A stretch of DNA of 64,000 nucleotides from Callorhinchus milii. Its lineage: Eukaryota. Under the pieces are notes generated by a model. It did no database searches and was not told where the DNA came from. It saw only the letters and a list, made by a program, of their open reading frames with translations. A program made the position numbers and the translations under genes. Below, piece by piece: positions 25,519 to 37,980 of the stretch (position 1 is its first letter; the number at the start of each line of letters is the position of its first letter). The stretch is from positions 19,594,001 through 19,658,000 of the forward strand of contig NW_024704743.1 of NCBI RefSeq assembly GCF_018977255.1, written 5' to 3'.

Positions 25519-26122
25519 TCTTGGAGGCTGGAATCACTGAAGAGCACAGATAGCTATAAGGCCTTTATCTACCAGATCTAAGAGCTATCACATCCAAGAG
25601 TTTGGAGAATGGGGCGTAAATCTATGGCTCAATTGTAAATAGCACTCAGTGGGTTCAATTGGAGAGTCCTGTTAAAACTGAGGATATCCCAAAGACAGGA
25701 GTCAAACACTGATTGAAATCAGGCTAACTTCACACTGAAATGAGCATCTTCAGATCATGTTGACATTGTGTGTCTGCATCTTTAAAATGTATTAAAGGAA
25801 TCCAGGATTAAGCGAAGGATCTGGAAAAGCAAAATATGAAACTTTCAAGTGGGATATAAAAAATGAAGTGTGTAATTTACCGTCACAGAGCTCAGAACAT
25901 TTGGCAAAATATTTTAATTGTGAAGAAATATATCAAATATAAGTTTATTTTAGCCCTTTAAATTTCTGACAGCTCTGGGGAAGATCATCACTGGGCCAAC
26001 CAAGTTATTTTGTACATTTGAAGCTCACATTCTGTGACTTCGAAGGAATGGCCAATACTTCAGTAAGAAAGCTACTCCAATATCATTGTGCATTATTAAT
26101 CTTATATGACCAAAACTACAGT

Positions 26123-26696
26123 GAAATCTTGTAGCTCAGTGGTTAGAGCATTCGCCTCACACACGAGAGGATCTGGGTTCGATTCCTGGCAGGGTGAAAT
26201 GTTGGGCAAGTTTCCTTACTCCACATATCGCTGTTTACTTAGCAGTAAGTAGGAACCCAGTTGTTAGTCGATTAGCAGATCGCTTTTCCGTCAGTAATAA
26301 TCCCTTCTCAAAAAATAATATAATTTGGTCACTTAATTCACAACTGTCTGTGGGACACTGCTGTGCATAATTAACTGCTGTGTTTCGCCCACAAAACACA
26401 GTCAATAATAATAATAATAATAATCCTTGCATTTGATATGGCGCTTTTCATGTCTTCTAGACGTCCCAAAGCGCTTCACAGAATATACTGTAAAGTGAAT
26501 TGACTGTATATTTGTGGGCGAACGCGGCAGCCAATTGCGCACAGCAATGTCCCACAGACAGTCGTGGATTGAAAATGACCAATTTTTTTTTTGGATTAAA
26601 GTCAATTCACTTTACAGTATATTCTGTGAAGCGCTTTGAGACATCTAGAAGATAAAGCACCATGTCAAATATATCAACTGCAAATTATTATTATTA
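26123..26696 (+). mobile_element. tRNA-Ala/CORE-like SINE, long form, interrupted by an inverted copy of the same family
   Basis: Head at 26123. Body breaks at 26406 and resumes at 26600 (agtcaattcactttacag). Confidence 0.9.
26407..26599 (-). mobile_element. Nested 5'-truncated SINE copy
   Basis: (TAA)n tail then reverse SINE 3' half, flanked by the 7-bp direct repeat AGTCAAT (26400-26406, 26600-26606). Confidence 0.9.
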
Positions 26697-27062
26697 AAAC
26701 ATACACTAAAGCACAATTTAAATAAAAAATAGATACTCTGGGCCTGCTCAACCCATAGCCCTTTTTTTCATCTTTCCCATTCTATTTTTGTTCTATTTTT
26801 AATTTATTTAACTTGAATATGCATTCATTCATTTTTAACCTTACTTTTCCTGAGCATTTTTTCACTTTAACATTCCTCACTTCCACTGCCCGACTTTAAA
26901 TTCAGATTCAGCCTGTGTGTCATTAGCTGTAGCTTTCGATCCAATGGGAACCTCTTGAAGACTGATCTAGCCACACCACAGAAGCTTAACATTTGATGTA
27001 TTGTCAAATGTGATGGAGTTCTGCTGAAATATACTCATTCGCAGTCCGGTATAGAGCAGTTC

Positions 27063-27150
27063 ATTTACCCTATTAAAGCTTTGAGTTTACTCATTCTGGG
27101 GGCTTGATAGCACCCAAAATGAGTAAGCTCAAAGTCTTAATAGGGTAAAT
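27063..27150. repeat. 88-nt inverted repeat (42-nt arms, 4-nt loop)
   Basis: Hand pairing on + gives 37 Watson-Crick pairs, 2 G-U pairs, 3 mismatches and no bulges, with loop TGAT. Confidence 0.9.
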
Positions 27151-28204
27151 ATCCATTTTAAATAATAGGGAAGAGGGGTGGGGCAACGAATGCTAATAAT
27201 TATTTTGTTAATCACTCCAGTATGTAATTGGATCCAGAAATGGCAAGTTAATTCACATTTTCCCAACTTGTCAAAAGCTGATTAATATACCCAAATATCA
27301 TTACATATGTTAATCAATTGACAGCTTGACAGTTACAAAACATAAAGCCCTCCTATACCTTTTCAAGGACATTGCCTTAAGTACTGCAATACCAGAAAAG
27401 TGAATGCTTATCTGACCAGCTGTGAAAAAAAGTAGTATCTTTGACAGACACTTTTCTTTGATCTCACTAAGTAAGTCTGATAACTGTTGATTCAGTTTAG
27501 GGAAACAGGTTCTGATGTATTTGAAAGTCCTAATTGAAACTCTTCCTTTGTTAAATTGACTGTAGTATTACAGCTGCATTACAAAGTGACTAACTTTGTT
27601 CTAACGTGCTATTGAAGCAGCATCACACATTGGGGTTCAGCAAGGCTATAAGACATGTAGTTAATGAATTGACATTACTCATACCAGTTCCTTCTTGCTA
27701 ACTCATGGATTGTAGTTAGAGTGTTTGATTATCATAATGTTGGACACTAAAGCTTTGAATGTAGATCAAGGTGCCTTTTACAAGTCACTTATAAAGCAAT
27801 CAATCCATCTTAGTAGTGTAGAAGCAATGATTTGATGTGGTCTTGTGTTTAACACATCTTGCAGTGTAAATTGGCTTAATTTTTGTGTTGTCAGTTAAGT
27901 CAAATCATTCATGTTTAATATTATCAGCTGAAAACTTCGATTTGCCAGTCAAAATTGTGAACATTACTTGGACTGTAGTGTTTGCTTTTATGTGCATTAT
28001 TTTTAGTTCCTCTCAATATTAACGATGTGCATAATTTATATAATACAAACATAGTCACCAATAAATAGCTTGTAAAGAGATAAGGAGGAGCTTTGATAAA
28101 GTCTCCCAATGGCATTGCTTTCATACAAATTTTATTCCATATGAAAAGATGCACTTGATGCAGAGAAGTCCTGTTTACCTATAATTGCATTGACACCATC
28201 CTTC

Positions 28205-28845
28205 CAATAATAATAATCCTTGTGTTTGATATAGTGCTTTATCACATTGAGGAAAGGTCTCAAAATGCTTCACAGGATTTACAGTAATGTGTAGGGACTG
28301 TGTTTCTGCAGGTGAACACAGAAGTCCCACAAACAGCCATGAAGCGAGTTGCCAATTTTATCTGGGGTGGGTTGTTGACCATAATAGTAGGAGAAATTCC
28401 TTTCTCTTTTCGTATAGTGCCATGGGATCTTTAACATCCACCTAAATGGGCAGATGAGACCTTCTTTTAATGTCTCATCTGAAAGACACTTCTAATAGTG
28501 CAGCTCCCTAACATTGCATTGGAGGATCAGCCTTGGCTTGAAAGCAACTGTAGTGTAGTTCATAAAGGAATTTTGCAAAATAAAAAGTAAACCTAGAGTA
28601 AAGATTTAAAAGCAGCAGCGATGATAACAACATGCATTTATATAGCACCACTCAGTCAGGATACCATGCTTAAATAGTGGAAAGACTTGGTTCCGCTCCC
28701 ACTTTACACCTAATTTTATTTGGGGGATTTTTTGGCCAGGATACCTGAGAGAAACTCCCTTCTCTTTTCGAGTACCATCATGGGATCTTTAACGTTCACC
28801 TGAACAGGGAGATGGGACCTCGGTTTAACGTCTTATTCAAAGTGA
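28205..28845 (-). mobile_element. Two adjacent Deu-domain SINE remnants
   Basis: Reverse Deu block (tagtgccatgggatctttaacatccacct...gtctcatctgaaagac) at about 28415 and again at about 28775. Confidence 0.75.
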
Positions 28846-29467
28846 AAATGTCACACTGAGGCAGTAAAGAGTGTTTTCTGAGTTTGGAGAACCTTATGGC
28901 ACTCTGCCGAGATAATGTAGAAAGCGCTTGGTTCTGTACTTAATCTTCTTCAGGTTCACACAGATCAGTCTCTGCATTTAGGATGTTCTGTCAGTGTAGT
29001 CTCACTCCTCAATTGCTGATTGATTCTGTCAGGTATCTCTGAGAAATTTTGTACAATGTCTAGGTCAATTGAACGATTAATGTAAAAAAAAGTAATTTCA
29101 ACCCTAAAAGAAGCTTTTTTAATTTAATTTACAATACTACAGTATTTCATCTTTTTTTAAAATATTGCAATTTCAATAATCCCAGAAACATGAAGATTTA
29201 TTATAAAATGGGCTGAAGTTCTGAGTAATGATTCATGAATGAGTCAAACCATCTCTAGGCTCAATTTCATGACAAGTGTGGTATGGATCTGTTCAGCTCA
29301 AGCTAAATTGAAAGGGCCCTGCACAGTTCACAAATTTCACTTTAAGATATTCTCCAGATTTTATAAATTCAGTTGTAAAGCAAATTGTACTGAGGTTTGT
29401 TAAGCACTGTTTTAAATTTATATATAGGAGTTGCTATGTCATGTGGTGATGAAACAGTCAAGTGAAT

Positions 29468-29785
29468 TAATAATAATTCTTGCAGTTGATATAACGTCTC
29501 CTCATGTCGCTATATCAAATAAAGCAACATGATGAGACGTCCCAAAGTGCTGCACGTGATTTACTGTAAAGAGTAGTGACCGTGGATTTGGGAGGCGAAC
29601 GTGGTGGCTAAGTTGTGCACAGCAGTGTCCCACAAATAGCCAAGAAATGAGTGAACAATTTTATTCAGGGAATGATACGCCAGAACACAGGGAAAAACTT
29701 CCTGTGAGCTCAAAGTCACAACATGGCACTTGAACCCACAACCTTCAGGAGTGAGTGTTCTGCCAACTTGAGTCAGGCTGCCACC
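29468..29785 (-). mobile_element. Deu-domain SINE, internally deleted
   Basis: Reverse tail, tgtgcacagcagtgtcccacaaa block, and head cttgaacccacaaccttc. Confidence 0.7.
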
Positions 29786-30270
29786 TAAGTGTTACATGTA
29801 GTATTCCATTAGCCCATGTGATCCTATAAACCTTGGTTTCAAATTATTTTTGAATATGCTGTCTCTTCCCTGACCCCAGAAGTCAGTCCTCAAAACAGCT
29901 TGGAGCTGTAAGAAGGAAACCGTGAGGTGGATATTCTGGAAGGATGGGATCATAGAACCATAAGGATGTAATTTTCAGCACAGAAAAAGGCTATTCAGAC
30001 CATCGGGCCTTGCTGGCTCTCCACAAGAAATATATATTTAATCCCACTATCTCTTTCCCTCATCCATATGTTTTTTTTCTTTTCAGATGTTTGTCCTAAT
30101 TTCCTTTTATCAAATGGGTAAAAGGGCCTTCTTCATCTGTACCTCTCTTGTGAAGTGTGAGTTGAACTATCTCTGTAAGGTGGACCCCTGTGGATTTGAA
30201 CATAACCCTGTGGAGCGGAGAATTGTGACCCTGAAATGTTAACATATCTTTCTCTCCTACTTGCTAATAA

Positions 30271-30594
<324 letters not shown>

Positions 30595-30775
30595 TAATTT
30601 CCAGTGCTTGATCACAGATTTAGGGGTAAATCTTTTCCTGACAGATTAAACCCCATCCATCTTCATTACCCATATATCAATGCACACATAATGAAACATG
30701 CTAAGATCTTACATTGAGTTACGCAGAGCGCTACTTATTCTGTGGCTGTTGTTCTGTGTTTTGTACTGCAAGTAT

Positions 30776-30797
30776 TTCTCTCTCTCTCTCTCTCTCT
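30776..30797. repeat. (CT)n microsatellite in intron 3
   Basis: Directly visible tctctc run. Confidence 0.9.
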
Positions 30798-30932
30798 GTT
30801 ATTCTTTACTTTAATAAACATCTATTCAATAAGTTATTTCCTGAATGTTTCAGCAGGTGACTAGCTCCTATCACAATTCATCGTCATTAAATGATTGAGA
30901 AGGCTTAGCAATTTGACTTTAAATGTTGCTGA

Positions 30933-31085
<153 letters not shown>

Positions 31086-32216
31086 TGAAAGGTTAAAATT
31101 CTGAATGACAATGGCTGAGTTTCACGTCAGGATTACATCTCAAAGCGCTTAAGAATGCTGGATGGGCACCTGAGCTGGGGGGAGAGGGTAGGAAAAAGAT
31201 GACAAAAAGCACGATAAAAAAGATATGTTTTGAGACTTGTTTTGAACAAGGGGAGGGAGCGAGTTGGGATGGAGTTAGAGATTGGGAATCCCATTCAGAG
31301 ATATTTTAATTAGACCCCTAAATTTCTTCATAGAGTTACTTGTCAAGTATCTGTGTCTCTCCCTTTTGAACATGCACAGATTTTTGGAGGCAGTGCATTC
31401 CACATTCACGTAACCCTTAGAGTGAAGAAATGGCACTTCTGACCAGCTCAGCTCTAAGTTTACAACTGCTCGTGGGGATTTAGCTCTGCTTTAGCAAAAC
31501 CACCAAAGGATGTAAATCATATTGAAATATAAAGCAGATTAAAAGCAGTCAATGGCCAACAAACCTTGACCTCTATTGGAGGGCTCCTGTGGATTGGAAG
31601 GGAAGTGTGGATGGCAGATAGGGACCTGTGTGTTTGCCTTTGCCACTTGAAAACCTTTTGGGATTTTCGTAGCAATTCAGAGAATCGATAACCATGTTTT
31701 AAATGGAAAAAAAACAGTGTGCCCCTTGAGGGAAGGTTTAATGGCAAGCAGAGCAATGACTGGTTATCAGCAGAAGGCAGACAGTTGGAGTAATTTTGTC
31801 GGCCACTTATTTTCATTCACTTACGGTTGGAACTCAAACTTGGCGATGACCTTGTCTTGTCAATCTTCGGACTCGTGTGTACAATTTAAAAGTGAAATTG
31901 CCTTGGCCATTGGAGAATTGGCAGTAACAAACTTCTTGGAGAAAAATAAGTGAGAGAGCTGCTGGGTTATTTCAACATTTTTAATGTTCTGGAGATTTTT
32001 CTCCTTAACTCTGAGAACTGAGCGTTGGGGATGGTTGAATTTTTGCCCTGTTGCTTCAAAATTAGATTACGGGAAAAAACGTTTATCAGATTTTGATTGT
32101 GGAAAAAAATCTGAGGAAAGGTAATGGAAAAATTAACCTTTAAATGCTATCACCATGATTTTTCAGCATTCTGTTATTCGTTCTTTCCAAATTTTTATTT
32201 TAATGTTATTTTTCTA

Positions 32217-32612
32217 TCAGCCCTGGCTCAGTGGGAACACTCTTGTCTCTGAGTCATAAAGTTGTGGGTTCAAGCCCCAGGTCAGGACATGGAACTCATA
32301 TTGTTTAAGATGGTGCTTCAGGGCGGTGCTGGGGGGTGTGCTGCATTGTTGGAGATGCCGTCATTCAGATGAGCTGTTATACCAAAGTCGTGTCTGCCTG
32401 TTCAGATGGACGTTAAAGAGAAGGCAGTGTCCGGGCCAACATTCCCCAAGTAAATTTGGTTACTCACTGCATTGTTATTTGTGGGTCATTGCTGTGCACC
32501 ATTGGGCTGCCGCATTCACCCAGAAAATAGAGTCACTCCACTCTACTGTATAACCTGCGAGAAGCTTTGGGATGAACTCTTGACATGAAAGGCGCCAAAC
32601 TAAATGCAAGGA
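32217..32612 (+). mobile_element. Deu-domain SINE (SacSINE1-like)
   Basis: Head tcagccctggctcagtgg..ttgtgggttcaagcccc, Deu block gtgctgcattgttggagatgccgtcattcagatgag, and L2-type tail. Confidence 0.8.
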
Positions 32613-33431
32613 TATATATATGCTTCTACTGTGCACATTGAGTGGCCTGTATGGGCTGAATGACAAAGCATCACTGAATCTTTTGTCCAATTGATGTATT
32701 TTTAAATTGAATAAAGCAGATGGCCTCAGCTCCCCGAAGGCAATGCAGCCAAATAGCGATAGTTTTTTTGTAAAATACAGTCACTGTCTAGACATTATAT
32801 CTGAAAGGCTACTTTAATGCAGCGCCTTACAAGGTTGCATGTATTGGCAAGCCTGTTAGCATGAGCAGCTGCAATGTATAGCAACGCTTTCTCCAAGGAA
32901 ACTCATGCATGGTCGCAGAGTCACAAGACTTTGGCTTTGATAAGTTTTCAGACCTAAATTGAAGTCTGGTGACTGTGTACTGTACAGGGATTTCCATGGA
33001 GAGCTCATGTTCCGGGTGCTTTTGCTGAACTTGCCCCAATTGAGAATAGTCTTGACTCTGGGTCAAAAACCCACGTCAAGATTTGAACAGTTGCCTGCTC
33101 AGAGGATGTTAAGGATGCCTTGGGAAAGACAATAAAGTGAAGGGAGTTATATGCAGGTTCCTCATCTACAATCTTCAGATAAATCAGGCATTTACTTCAT
33201 AACTGATTGTGGGACACTCTGCGTTATGTGAATTAGCAATTACGTTTGCCTACAAGTGCACAGTCACCAGATAATTATTTGGGGAGGACAAGTTTGCAGG
33301 GATATGGGGAGAGAACGGGGCGGTGGGATTGATTTGGATAGCGCTTTTCAAAGAACCGGCACAGACACGATGGGCCAAATGGCCTCCTTCTGTGCTGTAT
33401 AATTCTATGATTCTGCGATTTGACAGCCGGT

Positions 33432-34050
33432 GTCAGGCTGGCTCAGTTGGTAGCTCAGAAGCACACTTGCCTCTGAGTCAGAAGGTTGTGGGTTCAAACT
33501 TCACATACAGACTTTAATCTCGAAATTTAGGCTGATACTTCAATGCAGAGCTGCAGGAATGCTGCGTTGTTTTAGGTGCTGCCCTTCGAGTGAGATACTA
33601 AACCAAGGCTGTCCAGGTGGACACTAAAGATTCCATAACATTATTTGAAAAGAGAGGGGAGTTTCTCTCAGTGGCCTTGCCTACAATCCTTCAGAGAGAA
33701 TTGGTCATTCACTTCATGGCTATTTAGAGGACATTGAATCATAGAATCATAGAATCAGACAGCACAGAAAGAGACCATTCGGCCCATCGCGTCTGCACCA
33801 GCTCATAAAAGAGCAATCCAACTCAATCCCACTGACCCGCTTTCTCTCCATAGCCCTGCAATCCTGTCCTCCCCAGATACCCATCTACTTCTCTCTTAAA
33901 AGTTGTTATTGAATTGGCTGAGCCCAAATTGCTGTGTTTGCCTACAATTCACATTCACTACACTTCACAGTAAAAAAAAATGTGAAGCGCTTTGCGACAT
34001 CTTGTTGATGGGATAAGATGCGATATCAAATGCAAGAATTATTAGTATTA
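33432..34050 (+). mobile_element. Deu-domain SINE split by an antisense CR1 3' end (about 33737-33915)
   Basis: SINE body stops at ggacattg. The CR1 reverse tail aatcatagaatcatagaatc...ggccc follows, then the SINE resumes at gctgagcccaaattg. Confidence 0.8.
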
Positions 34051-34752
34051 ATTAGCTGTGAAGTGCTTTGAGATTTTTTGACATCAAAAGCACTACAACA
34101 TCAACAAATTGAATTGATGTGATGTGTTTCATGTTCCAAGGCATGGGACAGTGGAGGGTGTGCACCTGAGACTGGGGTTGGATTCGAGAAGGGTAAGAGC
34201 CAATGGGAGGTAGGAATGTCTGAAGATGCCGTCAAAGAGGAAGGTCTTGAGTTGGGCCTTGAAAGAGACGAGGGAAGGGGTGAGGCAAAGGAAACTCTGG
34301 GATGCAGTTCCAGGGAATGGGGTTAGGCTAAAAGCCTGACTAGGTATGGTGGGTTCGGCAGGCAGGGGACATGAAGCAGGAAAGTTGGTAGGTCATCTTA
34401 AGAAGTTCACAAAGATAGGATGGGCAAGGTGGTGGGATTTAAAAGTGAGGACGAAAATCTTGAATTCGATCCTCTTTGGGATTGTAGGCAAGGCCACTGA
34501 GAGAAACTCCCCTCTCTTTCCAAATAGTGTTATGGAATCTTTAGTGTCCACCTGGACAGCCTTGGTTTAGTATCTCACAATTTGTGAGCCAATGGATTTG
34601 GACGAGGATGGGGCTGATAGACTCATGGAGCCTGGTGTGGAAGAGAACATGAGCTGCAGAGTTTTGAATGGTCTACAAATTGTGGACAGAAGAGTTGGCA
34701 TAGGCTAGCCTAGATGTGATGAAAGCATGCATATGGGTCTTGGCAGCCTGAG

Positions 34753-35076
34753 ATATAATAATAATAATAATAATCCTTGCATTTGATATAGCGCTTTTCA
34801 CGTCGGGAGGACGTCCCAAAGCGCTTCACAGAATAGACTGTAAAGTGAATTGACTGTATATTTGTGGGCGAACGCGGCAGCCAATTGCGCACAGCAATGT
34901 CCCACAAACAGTCGTAGATTGAAAATGACCAATTTTATTATTGTTTTTGGTTTTGGAGGGATTATTATTAGGCGTGTGGAGTAAGGAAACTTGCCCAAGG
35001 TTTCGCCCTGCCTGGAATTGAACTCAGGTCTCTCACTTGCAAAGCGAGTGCTCTAACCACTGAGCTACAGGACTCC
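34753..35076 (-). mobile_element. tRNA-Ala/CORE-like SINE, short form, full length, young
   Basis: Near-identical reverse complement of 59992-60314. TSD ttggcagcctgag at 34740-34752 and 35136-35148. Confidence 0.95.
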
Positions 35077-35085
35077 ATATTATTA

Positions 35086-35137
<52 letters not shown>
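35077..35137. repeat. (TAT)n microsatellite
   Basis: Directly visible; lies between the SINE head and the right TSD copy. Confidence 0.95.
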
Positions 35138-35357
35138 GGCAGCCTGAGGAGAGAGGTAGTGGCGGAGGCAGGCAATGTTGCGGAGATGGGGCGAAAAGGT
35201 GAAAGTGAAAGCACTATATCAAAAGCGAGAACTATTGGCATTATTGGCTGTGGAATGTGTGGATTTTGACTCTTTTCAGCAGTTTGAAAATGAACAAAAT
35301 ATTTTAAAGCCACTCAAGGATCTAAAACTTAAGTACACATCCACTTCAAGACTAATA

Positions 35358-35421
35358 AAGATGGCGGCGATCTGAAAAGGAAAATTCCACTTCACACCAG
35401 GGGAACACTGCCATCTGGTGT
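35358..35421. promoter_or_regulatory. Candidate YY1 and CTCF motif pair
   Basis: AAGATGGCGGC (35358-35368) matches the YY1 consensus. Reverse complement of 35406-35421 is ACACCAGATGGCAGTG, close to the CTCF core. Confidence 0.4.
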
Positions 35422-35559
35422 AAATTAACACAGCACCAAGCTTAAAATATTGCACACGTATCCCAGTAACTCCAATATTTGCCCCACCTACTAAGAAGAA
35501 TAGAAGTATGCCATTAGCATATATTAAGCACTGTTTTCCTGCTAAAATGACCCCCAGGA

Positions 35560-35980
35560 TTCCTGCTTTGTGAGTTCAGGCTCCACATCGGGACTTTGAC
35601 CTCACAGTCTAGGCTGACACTCCAGTGCAGTGCTGGGGGAGTACAGTGCAATGCATTGATTGTTCAAGTGGATCTTAAAGATGGAATTATGTGCAAGGAG
35701 AAAAGTATCTCCTGACATCCTTGCCAACAATCCCCCAGATAAAATTGGTCTTTCACTTCATGGCTCTCTGCAGGACATTGCAAATTGGCTACCGCTTTGA
35801 GACATCATGACAACGTGATAAGGTGTTTTATCAAATGCAAGGACATTGCAGTACATAAATTGGCAGAAGCATTCTCCTGCAAATACACAGTCACTACATT
35901 TCACAGTAAAATTCCTGTGAAGCTCTTTGAGATGTTTCAATGATATGACAGACGCTACATTAATCACAAAGATTATTATA
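35560..35980 (+). mobile_element. Deu-domain SINE remnant
   Basis: tctaggctgacactccagtgcagtgctggggg block and L2-type tail sequence. Confidence 0.7.
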
Positions 35981-37209
35981 ATTTCCTAGTAATGAGTGAG
36001 AGAAGGAGCAAGTGAAACAGAGATGTGCATCAACAGGCAAATATGGTTAGGGACAGAGTGAACAAAGAGTAGTAGAAAAGCCAAGGGGAAGGAAAATAAA
36101 CACTAAAAAAAATGTATATTTTCATTCCTGGATACGCCCATTTGGGTCAAATTGTCTAGAGTTTGCTGGTTTTAATGCGAATCTTGTAGCATTCAAGGTT
36201 ACAGAAAATCATATTGATAAAGCAACAAAGTGGACAAAAGCCTCAGTCTAAAGGGACCAACTGATAATGAGGTGGAAAGATTCGACTTTTAATGGTTGGT
36301 ATAATTGCAACAAACACTTTCTATTTGTCTTTTTTGCTTTCTGTAAAAATGAGGGAGGGAGAAGGTTGTTTTTAAAGTTCAATGTGCCGGTAGCATGATA
36401 TCAATGTGTCAAAACCACTAATGCATCTTTTTCCCTCAAAAGTCACTGAGTGCGCTTTTGGGTATTTTGTGATCTGTCAGCTGGATATTTGAGGAGCCCA
36501 TCACCATGCTGATGAGTATCCAAACCAGACTGCGAGTTCCATTTATGCATTACACCTACGCATGGAAATTTACTGTGTTTAGAATGAAATGCACTCAGCT
36601 GCCAAAATCAGAGAGCCAGCCTTTCAATATTGCAATGTTAACTACTGTACGTATGTAATGCCTGAATCATATCTGATAGTGGTCCATTGTGAATGTAAGT
36701 GGAGGGAGTTCCATTGCCCGATATCTGTTTGTGGTGCAGGTGTTTCTACAGCTCTCAAAGTGTTCAAATACAAAAGTGGGAAATTTAACTCAGCAGTTTT
36801 ATTGACTGAGCAAACATGTGTTGTCAGTGTTTCTGTCTTGAGACTTTGCCAAGAGTTTTTTTTATTTTATATTTTTCAGTGTCTTTCATTGATGGAGTTG
36901 GATAAAATATCTCATGTCTAATGAAACATGATATTGTTGGTACCTTCTTAAAAGCAAGTTGACATCTTGACTTATTAAGTCATCTCTTGCTCATCTGCCA
37001 TAGTAATGGACAGTTGATGGATAGGTATACTGTAGCCACATCACATCAAATCGTGGCGAAGGCTCACTGGGTATTCTAATTCAGAGGAGATTCAGATGTT
37101 CAATGAGAAGGGGATACCAGGGATAAGATATCACAATTTGTGGGAAGAGCTTTTGCTAGAACAGAAACAATTAAGGGAGAATTGACTAGGGATATTCAAA
37201 ATCAATCAA

Positions 37210-37509
37210 AATAATTCTTGTATTTAATATAGTGCCATATCATGTCTTCGAGACATCTCAAAGCACTTCACAGAATATACTGTAAACTGAATTGCTGTAT
37301 ATTTTGTGGGCGAATCACGGCAGCCAATTACGCACAGCAGTGTTCCACAAACAGTCGTGGATTGAGTGACCAAGTTATTATATATTTTTTGAAGGGATTA
37401 TTACCTCCTGAAAAGCGATCTGCCATTTGACAAACAACTGGGTTCCTACTTACTGCCAGATGAATGGCGGCATGTGGAGTAAGGAAACTTGTCCAACATT
37501 TTGCCCTGG
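37210..37509 (-). mobile_element. tRNA-Ala/CORE-like SINE, long form, headless
   Basis: Reverse tail through gttcctacttactg...tggagtaaggaaacttgtccaacattttgccctg. Confidence 0.85.
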
Positions 37510-37591
37510 GTTGGGGACAGGGTGGAGAGTATTGATATGATACATAGAGAGAAAATATTGCCTCTGATTGATGTGTCAGGTATAATAATAG

Positions 37592-37980
37592 TGTCAGCAT
37601 GGCTCATTGGTAGCCCTTTTGCCTCTGAACCTGAAGATGGTGGTTCAAGCCCCATATTGAGCTCATAATCTAGTCAATACAATGCTGTGCAAGTCATACA
37701 TTATCAGAGATGGTGTCCTTCAGGTGAGAGATTAAACCGAGGTCCAATGTGCTGTTCAAGTGGACTTTAAAGATCCTGTGGCACTGCTCGAAAAGTGAAG
37801 GTAATTTCTCCCATTGTCTTGGTCAACAATATCCCAGATACAATTGGTTATTCATTTCATGATGAATATGGTACATTGCTGTAGCAAAATTGACTGCTGT
37901 TTTCACTTACAATTACCGAGTTTATTGCTAATAAAATCTCAAAGTGCTTGCTAATGTTCTTTGTGATGTGTAATGACTAT
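37592..37980 (+). mobile_element. Deu-domain SINE
   Basis: Head tgtcagcatggctcattggtag..ggttcaagcccca and Deu block ttaaaccgagg..gtggactttaaagatcctgtggcact. Confidence 0.75.

Larger units (their letters stand above)
34096..35205 (-). mobile_element. L2 fragment hosting a young SINE insertion
   Basis: Antisense ORF2 sequence similar to 18601-19310 on both sides of 34753-35135. Confidence 0.75.

Noticed and set aside
35083..35313. ORF ending in poly-Ile, and the recurring KCKDYYYY-type ORFs
   Set aside because: Translations of (TAT)n and SINE tails, repeated wherever the SINE occurs.
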